Source of the DNA: Chara braunii
Taxonomy: Eukaryota; Plantae; Charophyceae
Assembly (NCBI GenBank): GCA_003427395.1
Contig: BFEA01000005.1
Coordinates: 2,655,793-2,719,792, forward strand
Length of the DNA: 64,000 bases
Direction: 5' to 3'
Position numbers and translations under genes: made by a program. The notes beneath the pieces were generated by a model. It was not told the origin of the DNA. It did not search any database and worked only from the letters and a program-made list of their open reading frames with translations. Every line of letters starts with the position of its first letter. Within the stretch, counting starts at the first letter, position 1. This document shows positions 1-11,804 of the stretch, one piece after another.

Positions 1-1436
1 TGCTAGATCGTAGGCTGTTAGTGCATTTCACTTTCTGATATGCTACACTGTGACTCATTTTCCAATCAGACTGAGATATATGTTTCTGACTGGGCTCACC
101 CATTCTTCTCCAATCAGACTGAGATGTATGTTGTGACAAGGATCAGGTTCATTTTCTGATCGGAGTTAAGCATATATGATAGTCAAGCTCTCGTTCTAGC
201 TAAGTTCAGACTCTGAACTCAGATTGAATCCATGCTTCAAGCACCTGTCAGGGCCTAGACACGTGTTCGTTTCTGAGCAGTAACCAGAGTGCCACTCTGA
301 GCAAGAACAAATATCGGGTACTGAGAAACAGACTAAGGTCAGACACTATGCGGCAACCAGAACAACAAACAGAGTGCAACCTAATTATGAACAGACCCAG
401 AATAGGAAACAATGAGTGATTCAGATAAGAGCAAACTCAATCCAATTTCGGTGAATTCAGACTCGGTGAACTGAATACACTCTTTATGAGATCAGACTCA
501 TCATATGGTGAAGGAAAACCTTTTGCAAAGGAAAATCTGAGCTACAGGTCATTTCTGTTACGGTTGCTCGTTTTACTTCAGTGGCTTCAGTCCAACCTCA
601 CCAACTTCAGTCGGGGGTTAAACCCAGTTTCAGTTTTCGGTAAGAATTTCGACAAAGATTCAGTTTCAGTCTTCAGTGAGTTCTCAGTTGCAAACCAGTG
701 ATCCTCTAACTATGACATTTAGTCACAGTTCAGTTCAGAATTCAGTTCCTACTTACAAACAAGATCAGTTCAGTCTCTGCAGACCCAATTCTATTTTCTT
801 AAGCCCAGTCTCAATGGGTTCAGTCTTTGCAGATTCATTTCGGTTCCATTAAGTTCAGTGAGATCAGTTTCATCTCTTCAAGTTCAGTTCAGTTCCAATA
901 ATTTCCAGTGAAGTCAGTTCCGCCTTTTCGAGTTCAATCCAGTTTTCAGCAAGTTCAGCTCATATCTGATTTCAGATTTGAGTGTTGTTTTCTGGGAAAG
1001 CACCAATTTCAGTTCTCCGTGAATTCGCGGTAGAAGTTCAACTCAGTTCAGCAAGTTTCAAATAAGTTTTCAGTGAAGTTTCTGGCAGACAGTACAAAAT
1101 CAAAGAAATCGGTTTCAGTCAATTTTCGGCTCAGGATGTAAGTTTGATTTCAGCAAGTTCGACTCAAGATCGGTGAATCTTGTTTCAACTCAATTCCAGT
1201 TCAGGTGGATTCCGCCCGATTGCGGTGAGTTCAGTTTCATCTCAGCACGTTCAGTTCAGTTTTGATTTCATATCTAAGTGAGGATTTCAGGAAAATCATC
1301 AATTTAGTTCTCAATTCGGTCTCAGTGACCCCGAACCCTATGAGCTCGATTTTTAGTTTCAATAAGTTCAGATTGAGTGCACTCTATCGGGGATCTCAGT
1401 TTACTCTCAGTAGGTCTCATTCTCAGGGGACATAAC

Positions 1437-1675
1437 GCTGGTCACACCGGGCAGTCACGGTGACAGCAGCGGCAGAGCTGGCTATAACTGGCGGTCCCAA
1501 TGGTAGCAGCGACGACGCTGTTCACAGCGGACAGTTCCGGTGACAACAATGATAGTGCTGGCCACAGCGGGAGGTCCCGGTGGTAGCAGCGAGGGTGCTA
1601 GTCACAACAAGCAATCCCGGTGACAACAACAAAGTGTTGGTCATATCGGGCTCTCCTGGTGACAACAGTAACAAT
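1437..1675. repeat. 40-bp minisatellite, ~6 units
   Basis: Units GCTGGTCACA...GGTGACAGCAGC.. start at 1437, 1477, 1517, 1557, 1597 and 1636. Confidence 0.8.
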
Positions 1676-2358
1676 TTATATCATGCCAAGTGTTCTTGGT
1701 GCCATCAGTGTGCAACAAGACTGATCAGATAATAAGTGAACAGTTTAAAATTGGCAACTATGTGAGTACTGCAGACTCAAAGCAAGACTTTCTTGAGCAT
1801 TGACGGATTTGTTGAGAAGCAGACTTAGGACTTGAGCACAGTCATGAGATGCAAGCCGCAACAGACCTCCTCTTGAGTACAGGTCGGCATCAGGCGGAAC
1901 CGCTCAAGGACCACTTGACATCATATTAACCATTGTCTGGTATTTGAGTATGATATGATCTTAAGAGAGGAGAGAGAGAGCTGACTATAGTGACAATGGT
2001 TCTATGATTTGTCTGTTCGTTTGTGGCCTTGATGCGATAAAGAGTTCTCCTCTTCTCTCACACGATTATTCATCTTTGTCTTTGCTTTGAGCCAGTCGGT
2101 CTTGATTCTTTGAATTGACTTCGCTTGATGATCATGTTTTCTGTTGATTCTGTCACAGTTCTCAAAACTAGAAAATCGGCAGAATTGGTGCATGCATGAC
2201 ACACCAGAAACTTCATGATTATTATTTGCATGATTCTCTGCTGTTCCGAATCAAATAAAAGATTCATAAGACCGGAGACCGGCAAAGACTGCAATTGAAG
2301 GGTCTCGCTCGAAGTCGGACGCACACAACAGGAAGGGATTTGCTCTATTTATTTTATT

Positions 2359-3220
2359 TTATTTATTGTACCTCCAACACAAAATCCTGCGTGACAGCCT
2401 GTTGGCTTGCTGGTCGCCTGAAGAGGCCTGACTAGAAAAAGTGTGACAGCGGTTCCGAGCTCGAGTGGTTGGCGACAGTATAGATCCGCTGCTCCAACTG
2501 TTGTGTTGCGGTTTGCTGTAACTGCACGTCGTCCTTGAGGGATCCGTCGTCAATCTCCAATGCCTCAAGGCGATCGGAGGTGTTGGAAAAGCTGGCAACA
2601 GGGGCGACGACGGTTCATTCCAGCTGCTGGAGGCGGCTAGTGAGTTGGTCAAACCCGTGATTGTGTGTCTGAACCGTGTCGTCGAGGTTGTGAATGTCCT
2701 CCTGCTGTGCAATGCACGTGGCCAGGAGGTCCGTGAGATGGCCAAGGAGGAGAGCGATCTTGTTTCCACTCTCTTCCAGATTGCCATTCTCGGCCTCGGC
2801 CCGCCAGTCTGCTGCCATTGTGAGCAAAGCTCGCTCTCCGCTGAATATCTTCTCCCGACTTTGACGTCGTTCTTCATCGGCAGCATTTGCTGTTGCCTCG
2901 TCTTGCTGGCGCTGCTGTTCAATTGCCAACAGACGTGTCTTCTCGGCGTCCTCTGCCTTGTTCTTTGTTGTGGCTGCTACTACATCCGACCGTTGCTTAG
3001 CTTAAGTAATTAGAAGCAGCATCCGGACTTGATAGCCAGTGATAGGCCTCGTCCGTTTCCCCGGATATCTGGTCCATGACGATGGTTTTCGAGTGCGTAA
3101 GCATAGATCAGGCTGGGGCTTGCTGACGTGGTTGCTGACGTGTCCTGCTGACGTGTCCTGTTGACGTGGCCTGCTGGTGTGGTCTGCTGATGTGGCCTGC
3201 TGACGTGGCAACTCACCAAT
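2359..3220 (-). pseudogene. Ty3/Gypsy gag N-terminal coiled-coil fragment
   Basis: Q/E/A-rich coiled-coil frames (MAIEQQRQQDEATANAADEERRQ...IALLLGHLTDLLATCIAQQEDIH), frameshifted, similar in composition to the other gag N-termini in the window. Confidence 0.55.
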
Positions 3221-3325
3221 GTCGCCGCAAGGGGTACCCAGAGACAGATAGAGAAGGTAAGACCAGAGGTGGCAACAACATAGGTGGGGAGGGGTGGCTG
3301 GGGATAACTTGCCCAGATAAGGAGC

Positions 3326-3884
3326 CACTAGTAAAAAAAAAAAAAAAGTTTGAGCTTTGCAAAAAAAGACTCGAGAAAATAAAAATCCCGAGTTTTGCAA
3401 GTTCAATTGGTCTCCCAACCTCCCTTGAAGTGCGAAAGTATCAATGAGAAAAAAAATTCGAACTTCATACTGCCAATGATTATCAGGTAGTGAAAATCAT
3501 AGAACTGCGAATAAAAACATTCCGAAAAGAAATAACCAGTACTCTGACTTACTCAGATGAGAGTATTTGAAGTTTGGATAATGGTACTGCAAGAGGGATT
3601 TCCCGTACCATTTTCAGAAAAACGAATTTCGGAAAAAATATTCCAAATAACGGGAAATTGCAAAAGGAGATCGAAATTTTCAAAAAAAAAGATATTCCGG
3701 ATTTCCAACAACGAAATTTCGGATTTTCAGAAGAAAACGAAAACAGAAATATCAGATGCTGCGCTATTCCGATTTTCCACAACAGAAATAGCGAGAAAAG
3801 CTCAGAAAACAAAATCCAAGAAAAGAAAAAAAATTCGATTTTCGGCAGTGAGGTCAAAATCGTGATTTTGGGGGCTAACTAGTG
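3326..3884. mobile_element. Possible CACTA-type non-autonomous element
   Basis: A-rich 559-bp block bounded by CACTAGT...ACTAGTG; the 3-bp flanks (AGC/TGC) are imperfect. Confidence 0.35.
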
Positions 3885-3981
3885 TGCTCTAATCAATCAA
3901 TCAAGACTAATCAGCTACCTAGTCCCCACACACGTGTCAGATCAGGTTGTCCTGATTCACGTGCGGTGCTCTGATACCAAC

Positions 3982-4466
3982 TGTTACATGCCCAGTCAAG
4001 CGATGTACATATAAACCGAGGATCCGCAATGTGATAAAAAGGACTGAATGGACAATGCAGTGCAAGTGGAATCTCAACAAGCAATGTGCATTCCGATACA
4101 TACAAAATGGTGCTTTATAGCGCAGGGAAGACTTTAGATACAAGTCCTGACCTGACCGGGACTGACCTCTACTACGTAGTGCAAGACAGCGCAGCAAAAT
4201 GCTAGAATACCAATGACTAGCCCCAACCAATGTTGCAACGCAGACCAAACATACATCATGCCCATCACAAGGTGTGAAGGGGCCTGGCACTATACACAGG
4301 AAGGAGGCGCCAGGTCCAGACATACACAGACGAAGAGGAGGGGATCAGACGAAGAAGAGGAAGGGGGAGATGGGAAAAGTCGTCAACACCAAGTCTCGTT
4401 ACAAGTCCCAAATAATCCTTCTTCANAATGTCTGAAGTCCAATGTGGAGTCTGGATCCAAATGTCA

Positions 4467-4548
<82 letters not shown>

Positions 4549-4549
4549 N

Positions 4550-4617
<68 letters not shown>

Positions 4618-5421
4618 TAGTCTGCTGATGCAGTGAAGTCAGATAGCGACAGGGTGAGAAGGAGATGGTGGACTGAGAAGAGGAAGAAGAAGTACTATCT
4701 CTCTCTCATGTGCCAGGTACTAACCTGTGAAGATGGCGCTGTGTTGCAGGTACCTCGAAGATGAAGCTGGAGCAATGGCGCAGCAGGTAAGTCCCTTTGG
4801 CCTCCGCCCAATCTCTCTCTCTAGAGTACTACTCTAGCTATGGCGCCCAGCGCTGAAGACGACAGCTAACGCTACTAGCGCCCAGCGCTGAAGACTACTG
4901 CTAACGCTACTACTACTCCTGCAGCGCTCCTCCAGAGTGCTGCTGCCGAATCCTGAAGACTACCTCCTGCCTCCTGAACTGCACGTGAAGTGCCTGGGAA
5001 GTACCTAGGAACTACCTGCCTGCCTGCAGGGCGGGCCAGTCCTATATAGTGCTGGCCCGTCGAGGAGGCTGCTCTTGCCAATGCCAAAACGTGCCAGACC
5101 CTGGCGTTGAAGCTCAACCAGGGTTTGTCTTGAAAACATGCCCGAAATGGCCTGTGCTAAAACCCTGGTTTGTAGCCTGAGTTTTGGGGCGGGTCGAGCT
5201 GATGAGGGCCTGAAAATGGCCCAGTTTCAGGCTGAAAACACTCAGGGCCGGAAAGACCCTGATTTAGCCTGAAACGACACAGGGCCTGTATGCCCTTGTT
5301 TTCAGGCTTTCAGGCTGAAACGACACAGGGCGTGTAGGCCCTTGTTTTCAGGCCTTTGGCCTGAAAACATCACGGGCCTGGAAATGGCCCGTGCAGCCTG
5401 TCGCAGGCGCAGCATGTAACA
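3982..5421 (-). repeat. Long terminal repeat (1440 bp)
   Basis: 10-bp perfect terminal inverted repeat, adjacent PBS, candidate TATA (CCTATATAG, 5041-5049), internal (CT)n. Confidence 0.8.
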
Positions 5422-6002
5422 GGCACCAAGATCAGCGTGGATTCAGCACACGACTATATCACAGCAGACGGACGTGTGACTTCTTCTTTTCGTAGATGCT
5501 TACGAACCACACCAGGCACACGCTCACACTGTATTCGCGGATCTGATTCTTTTCTCCTTTCTCCATCCATGACGACGCAAGGCGGTGATCCTAAGACGGA
5601 CGATGACACGCTTGACCTGATGGAACGAGGACGGGTTGTAGCAGTACGTGGCTGGAATGTGGCAAGAAGGTGGAAGGATAGGGGAAAGCGTGGGAAGGTG
5701 TTGAGCATATGATGTTGCATTCTTGGACTGTAAGTTCATGAAGATGTTATGACATCTTCATGGGTGGATGTTGGTCCTCCTGATGAGGCTTGGGCACACA
5801 CAAGCCGAAACGCGTCGAGGGAATGTGTGATTGTTACAGTGTTTGGCAAAATCATGTGCTTCTCCTGATTGTGTCCTCCGTTTGGACAGTGTGTTCTGTT
5901 TGTTCTTTACCCTTGACTTCTTCTTCTTGATCTCTATATCTTTGTAAGTGCTTTCATTTCTTTCACAATTAGGTGACATTGTCTTTCCTTGTGGATTTGC
6001 AG
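5422..6002 (+). mobile_element. Probable 3' end (pLTR region) of a Penelope-like retroelement
   Basis: ORF tail (5437-5712), then a perfect 11-bp hairpin (5737-5762), then a minimal type I hammerhead, the HHR form associated with Penelope-like elements. No RT or GIY-YIG domain is visible. Confidence 0.5.
5776..5820 (+). ncRNA. Minimal type I hammerhead ribozyme
   Basis: CCTC-CTGATGA-GGCTTG(GGCACACA)CAAGCC-GAA-AC(GC)GT-C-GAGG. All core nucleotides present; stem I CCTC/GAGG, 6-bp stem II, palindromic mini stem III ACGCGT, GUC cleavage triplet ending at 5816. Confidence 0.88.
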
Positions 6003-6029
6003 TTTGGAAATGACCAGGCTCGTAAAACA

Positions 6030-6860
6030 CAACCGATCTTTGACAACTTAGAAAGATGACGGAAGTGGGACTCAGGATGATTCAGGGTTCCCTCAGTGTC
6101 TTCTCTCAGATAAAAGCAAATAACAAAAAAGAAAGAGGTGAACTGATCCAGAAAGCGGAAAACAGTTTTGGAGAGCATCCAATCTCAGACTTGTACTGGG
6201 CAGAGGTCAGGAAAAGGAGTCTGAAACTGGTGGAACAACAAGAAATTAAGGAACAGTGGAAAACTTGGCTAGCACAGAAGAACATTATCACAGGGGATAG
6301 ACTGACAAAAGAAGTTTTCTGAAGACTGCTGTTGCAAAAAGCAAAACCAGTGACCTACGAACTGGCCCACCCTTTTGCAACACAGCAAACAGTCACAGAT
6401 GACCTGGACCTCGTGTGTGAATATGCCGGACTCTACTTTCAGGACATAGTAACCACAATAAGACCTTTTGACAATATGGACACAGATCTCAAGGAAATCT
6501 CAAGGAAATCTCAACTTTTTGAGAGTGTACTCTTGTCAGACTGCGATGCCAGGCCATACTAAAATCGACAGGCCAATCACTGTTACAGAACTAAAACAAG
6601 CGGCAAAAGGGATGGGGAAAGGCAAATGTCCAGGGGACGACGGATTGCCAAGTGGATTCAACAAATTTCGGAAGGAGGTGTAGAGAAGCATTCTCTGAAA
6701 ACTTGCAAATTTTGTTCTCTTCTCCAATTTCTCGATTTATGTGTGTCATCCTTGCTCAGGGGCCATGCTAACCTTCTCTGCATGTTCCAATTTTAACGAA
6801 TGTCCCTAAGGACCTGTCTCCAATTCAACAGGCTGTGTGGCCAAGATAAACTATCGAAAA
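6030..6860 (+). pseudogene. L1/Tx1-type LINE ORF2 fragment (region between endonuclease and RT)
   Basis: Broken frames with EYAGLYFQDIVTT and DRPITVTELKQAAKGMGKGKCPGDDGLP (the KxPGxDG motif upstream of LINE RT); interrupted by a U6 copy. Confidence 0.8.
6727..6813 (-). pseudogene. U6: U6 snRNA retrocopy, 3'-truncated
   Basis: Reverse complement reads GTCCTTAGGGACATTCGTTAAAATTGGAACATGCAGAGAAGGTTAGCATGGCCCCTGAGCAAGGATGACACACATAAATCGAGAAAT. The ACAGAGA box is mutated. 9-bp TSD TCTCCAATT at 6721-6729 and 6817-6825. Confidence 0.9.
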
Positions 6861-7011
6861 TCGTGTTTTCTACAGTGGTGTGGCCAACCCCTAAGTGGAG
6901 CCAGGCAGAACTCTTGAATTTTTGAGAGTCTAGTGTCGTGGGGTGAGACCCAGTACAATGATAATAAAACAATGACAATAAGAAAGACCTGACAGGCCGA
7001 CAGGTGATTGA

Positions 7012-7861
7012 GGGCATACTCACACTGCGCACCCAAAACCGTATAGTCGCAAAAAAAGGGAAGGCCGGATTTGGGAAAATACTAAAATAGTTCCTCCGCC
7101 AGTCACACTGCAGATCCTTTTCGAATAGGACACGGTTGCGGCTCTTCCCTTTGGTACCGCAGTTGGGAGTTCGCCAGTCACACTGTGCAGGGACTAGTTT
7201 CACACTGTTTTATGGGGATTTTTTTTCTTCTTTTTGTTTCTTTTGCTGCTCGGCCCACAAACGGGCAGCACTTCGAACAGTGAAAAGTGCGGGCCAAGCG
7301 TGAGTGCTCCAGCGCTGGTTGCAAGTTCTTTACGAGAGTCTGGGGGTAAGGGCCGCAGTGTGGGGGGAGGGGCTTTAGCGACCAGCGCGATCACAGGAGT
7401 CTCGAGGAACTGGACACCCTATGTATGCAATGAACACTGTATTTTCGTGGCAAGGTACGTGGCGAGATATTTAGCACACATTCCTTCATGTCTACTGGAC
7501 GTGGATGCATCCGGGCGAAATAGGGGGCTGCATGATGATCGTATGTACGATTATCCATGATGTATCCGAAACTCTTTGTGGACCACATGTTTTGGGCCAC
7601 AGGGAACTCGACAAAAAAAAAGGGCAGGTTGGAATTTGAAGAGAAAAAGTGTTGGTTCGAGTGTTGGTTCGTGCAACGTGAGGCAGTAACCTCAAGAGGT
7701 TACCGCATTTTCCCAACCCCCGCGGCCCTTCAGGCTGCTGACAAAAGGGTTCATGAATAAGCGCTTTGCGAAAATGCGGACCCTGTGTGAGTACGCCTCG
7801 ATACTATTTTTTGGGGATTTTGGGGATTATACGGATTTGGTACCGCAGTGTGAGCATGCCC
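7012..7861. mobile_element. PIF/Harbinger-like MITE
   Basis: 18-bp TIRs GGGCATACTCACACTGCG / CGCAGTGTGAGCATGCCC (one mismatch); 3-bp TSD TGA at 7009-7011 and 7862-7864. Confidence 0.85.
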
Positions 7862-8814
7862 TGAATTGGTTGGCCTTTTTTTCTTTGTCCTTCTAAAAAA
7901 GAAAATGAATAGAAATGGAACAGAGGCCAATACCTCACAATGCTACCCTCTATACTGTCTTTTCTTGTCTTGTGATTCTTGTCATTGTTACTCTTGTTCT
8001 TGCATTAGTATGCCACATGTGTTTGTGGGCGTATCTACGCTGTACTCGTGGCTTGAACGGACATTGGGCCTCACCACACCACTCCCGACCTTGAAAAATT
8101 TTCAGGACGTGAAAACCCGCTCGGGAGTGCCTTTCGCCACACTACACTCTCGACCAGGCCGCGCTCCAAGTCTGAAAACGTCATTTGCCACATGTGGACA
8201 CGCTCAGTGTGAAGCAGTCCGGCAGAAGTTGTTTGTCCCTTCCAGCTCCACTCCCGAATCTGGGATGAAACTTGGAGGAGCGAAGGAGGGGCCTCACCAC
8301 ACCTATCCTGAAAACACCGATTTGGAGAGGAAACGCATCGCCATACCAACTCTCGAAAATCGGTGTCAGAAAAAAAATCAAGAGCGGCGAGAACGCGGGT
8401 TTCAGGAGTGCTCGCGAACTGTGGTCCTTGCCCGGCCTGCAAAGTGGCCACTCTCGAGAGTGGTCGAAGGCATCTCCAAATTCGGCCCGAATTCGGAGAG
8501 TGCCGCGATGCACAACCGTCTGCGGCCAGCTTTTTGTCGTGTGTGGTTAGAGAGAACTCTCGAATTGTGAGGTCTTTCCGGACCCTGGGTGGGCCCAAGC
8601 CTCGTGTCCCCTGCCCTACACCTTTGATTTCCCTTTTCCCACCCACTACGAAAGAGGCCGCACCGCCACACTGCACTCTCCAAAAAGGCCTCGTCTTTTC
8701 TAACACATTGGAGAGTGGCCCCTTCCAGAGCGCAGTGCGGAGATGAGGCCTCTCAAACCGTTTTTCTCGACTTCCCAAGTTCCCAAGTTCGAGAGCGCTC
8801 CTGACATTTTCCCC

Positions 8815-9590
8815 TTTTTTTTTTTTTTTCCCAATAAATATTTTCAGGGCCGGGGACCCCACAATTCTACCCGGTGGAACTGATGTCAACTCTGTAACTG
8901 TTTGCTGGAAACCGGGTCCAGCGTCCCATCAATCCCGCCAACTGTAGATTTTCTGCTAAATTCAGCCCTCTCAGCTGATGCTGTCTGAACAATCTTAAGA
9001 TCAAGGCTAGATTTAAGCTACTACAGTCTACCAGTTTTACACTTGGGGCAATATGGCCTGCGGCTCAGACCAGAGCCACGTTCCATGTTTAACTTACCTT
9101 GGTCATTGATGCTTGGGAGCACATTGTTTATACACCAGGTCTTCCGGAACCACAGCTTACCTTTGTCCCTCGAGGATGCTTGTTGAACTTTGCGGTGCCA
9201 GTCTGCCCAGATGGTTCTTCGTATGCTTAAACGGACTGCAGCCTTCAGGGCCAGAAAGACTGGGTTTTCACCCTTGAAGACTGCTGCGTTTCTGCTTAGC
9301 CACAGCTCCCAGTAGATAATGGCTCGGGAGACCTGAGCAATGTAGCCCAGGCCCTGGCAAGGACCAAACTCTGTTGGAAGAAGCCCAAGAAGTATCCACT
9401 CTTCCGTCCATTTGAAATTTGTACCTGCAATCCTTTTCCAGACAGATTGCCACCAACCCCAAATGCTAGCGGAAAAAGGGCATGTGATCCACAGATGCTT
9501 TGTGGATTCCCAAGCCCAGTTGCAGCGAGTACATTTGGATTGAACATTTACCTTTTTCTCCAACAGCCACACTGCTGATGGTAGAACTTG
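8815..9590 (-). mobile_element. 5'-truncated LINE: ORF2 C-terminal zinc-binding domain, 3' UTR and poly(A)
   Basis: ORF 9021-9572 contains CTRC-x7-HLWITC (zf-RVT type) and WELWLSRNAAVF. Poly(T) on + from 8815. Possible TSD ATTTTCCC at 8806-8813 and 9608-9615. Confidence 0.85.
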
Positions 9591-9762
9591 TGGCGAGCGG
9601 AGCCCCGATTTTCCCGTTTTCGGGATAGGTGTGGCGAGCCCCGAGTGCTCTCGGGAGCCACATTCTGACAGCTCCCGAATTCAATCTTCTGACAGGTTGA
9701 ACTCGGGAGCTCGTGTGGCGACGCCCCACTCCCGAAAATGGCCAAGTCAAAAAAAAAAAAGA

Positions 9763-9780
9763 GTCCTTCGGGACATCCGT

Positions 9781-9812
<32 letters not shown>

Positions 9813-9863
9813 GGCCCCTGCGGAAGGATGACACGCATAAATCGAGAAATGGTCCAAATTTTT
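9763..9863 (+). pseudogene. U6: Full-length polyadenylated U6 snRNA retrocopy
   Basis: Near-perfect plant-type U6 (GTCCTTCGGGACATCCG...ACAGAGAAGATTAGCATGGCCCCTGCGGAAGGATGACACGCATAAATCGAGAAATGGTCCAAATTTTT), followed by a ~27-nt A tail, with TSD GGCCAAGTC at 9740-9748 and 9896-9904. No upstream USE or TATA. Confidence 0.92.
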
Positions 9864-9895
<32 letters not shown>

Positions 9896-10310
9896 GGCCA
9901 AGTCGGGAGTAGTGTGGCGAGGCCCATTGTGGATGACACCGAAGAAAGGGGTCGGCAACCAGCATCCGCAGTCCGTCGGGGGACAGAGGGCAAAGGCAGA
10001 GAGGGGGCGGAAGGGATTGCCTTTGTGCCTCAGAATACAAACTGCTGGTTTGTCCGTTTGTTATGCAGAGAGGACTGCGCGCGAGAGGGGGCACAAGCGT
10101 GCTTCGCGACTCGCAGCAGTCGCTCCAGAGGGGGGGAGAGAGAGAAAGGGGTGCCTATGCCCACTTTTCCTAGCGTACATTTTTTGCAGTGACTCTCGTT
10201 GGTTGTTTGTTCCATTCGCTGGCAAGTAACTGCCAGTCACTGAGATCCCGGACGAGAGAGAGAAAAGCAGATAGCGAGCACAGGAGGAGGAGGAGGAGGA
10301 GGAGGAGGAT

Positions 10311-11513
10311 ATGGACGCCTATCTCGCGCTGGAGGCGGTCGAGCAGCAGGCAATGTCTGCTGCCGCCACGGCGGAGCCGCTGTTCTGCCAGTCAGGTTCT
10401 GGACGAAGTTCAAGCCGACGGCGAGGTGCCAGCAAGTCGTCCCGGTCCGGGCTATCTTCATCTTTATGTCCGGTCCAGAGATCGAAGCTCAGCAGCGAGC
10501 GGGAAATTATAACGACGCTCGGCGGAGGTGGTGCTTTCTTCTCCTCCTCCTGCTCATCCTCTTCCTCCTCCTCACACACCTCCTCAAGGTCGTGCCACTG
10601 TTTCAGCAATCACTCTGCCCTCACGGCTTGTGCTTCTTTGTGTTTTTCTGCCTCTAAAAATAAAACTTTGTCGGGGAATATCTGCTTTGTTTGCAATTCA
10701 GTTGCTGTGGACATTCCCCAAGAAGTTCCTTCCTCGTCTTCTTCCTCCCCCTCGAGCTCTGGCTGCCATAGCCAGCAGCACGACCTCGGAGTCCTTCACC
10801 ATCACCACGAGCAGCAGCCTAGTTGTCTTTGGGAGGAGGTGGAGAGGGAGTGTCTCGCAATTGGCTCGTTGGGGGCAAGCACAACCATAGGTGGAATGGA
10901 GGGGAGCATCGGTCGGGGTCGGGACAATAAGAGCGGTGCACGAGGCCGCGGTCAAAGCGAAGCCGAAGGAGGAGGATTGTATTCCTCTTCATCTTTCTCG
11001 AGCCTCGGGCGGGATCTCGGCAGAATGGGGCCTTCTATACTTTCTGGCGGGAGTGCCTCTGCATGCAGCTTCGCTGAGCAGAAGTGGAATAGACGTGTCG
11101 CTTGTATTGCGCAACACGTGGCAGGCGGAGGTCGATTTGCGGAAAGAGCATCAGGATCGCGACAACACAGAGGCACTGCCTGCCGCGCGGCGCCCGCAGC
11201 AGCGCCTCTCGCTGGGCTCCCGATCTCGCTGGAAGATTGCTCCGACGCTGACCTTTGCGCGTATATTTGTAGAGGACCGTTAATGCGCAAATCAGGAATA
11301 AAGCCGGAAGACGTGTTGCGAGATCTTGACACGTGGAAAGATCTGGGCCGTAAATTAGTCGAGCAAATTGGACTGAACGTGCGTGAATTGACGGAACCGG
11401 ACATGGCGCGACTGTTCCACTACTACTTGCCCGCATTTATGTGGTGCTGGAGGCAACTGAGGGAGCACAAGACTGAGCACGTGAAGAAAGGCATGACGCC
11501 CTCGGCTCTCCTG
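10311..11513 (+). CDS. GLYK: D-glycerate 3-kinase (chloroplast-type), coding exon 1, 401 codons with a long Ser-rich N-terminal extension/transit peptide
   Basis: The ORF's C-terminal part (DLCAYICRGPLMRKSG...LDTWKDLGRKL...ELTEPDMARLFHYYLPAFMWC) matches the conserved pre-P-loop region of plant GLYK. Similarity ends at ...PSALL, followed by a phase-0 donor CTG|GTACGA at 11514 and then A/T-rich, microsatellite-containing intron sequence. Confidence 0.88.
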
Positions 11514-11764
11514 GTACGAAAAAAAACAAAAGAAAATGATGATGATGCGCGGTCAATCAGTCCGTCGGTCAGTCAATCAGTCAATCAATCGATGATAATC
11601 CCGAGAACCCATGTTTTCCTACTGTTTTTGTTTGTTTGCTTGTTTTGCCCTTTCAATTTGAATACGGAATCCGTCAAAGCTTGATCTCAACGTTGAAGGC
11701 AAAGTAATTACTTATTACGTCGCTGCTTCTTTCGTTTGCACAGTAATTATGATTCTTGCCTCTC

Positions 11765-11767
<3 letters not shown>

Positions 11768-11804
<37 letters not shown>

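Larger units (their letters stand above)
1..5421 (-). mobile_element. 5' part of a degenerate LTR retrotransposon (5' LTR, PBS and internal region running off the left edge), with nested pieces
   Basis: LTR 3982-5421 has inverted termini TGTTACATGC...GCATGTAACA. A tRNA-iMet PBS (GCTCTGATACCA on +, 3968-3979) abuts it. Internal DNA to the left is TTCAG-rich and degenerate. Confidence 0.75.
8066..9925. mobile_element. PIF/Harbinger-like non-autonomous element carrying a nested LINE 3' end and a U6 retrocopy
   Basis: TIRs GGGCCTCACCACACCACTCCCGAC / GTCGGGAGTAGTGTGGCGAGGCCC; 3-bp TSD ATT at 8063-8065 and 9926-9928; internal CCACAC/GTGTGG subterminal repeats. Confidence 0.85.

Noticed and set aside
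5188-5225. Second hammerhead candidate (CTGATGA followed by a GGGCC/GGCCC stem)
   Set aside because: No GAAA core after stem II and no stem III or cleavage triplet.
6030-6813. U6-LINE template-switch chimera
   Set aside because: U6 is antisense to the LINE and has its own 9-bp TSD, so it was inserted into a pre-existing LINE fragment.
9763-9863. Functional U6 snRNA gene
   Set aside because: It has a poly(A) tail and TSD, sits inside a MITE, lacks USE/TATA, and has a C-to-G change in the internal stem-loop (GCGGAAGG instead of GCGCAAGG).
11514-11684. C-terminal 56 aa of the 457-aa ORF as real protein
   Set aside because: Read-through into the intron after the GT donor; low complexity and no GLYK similarity.
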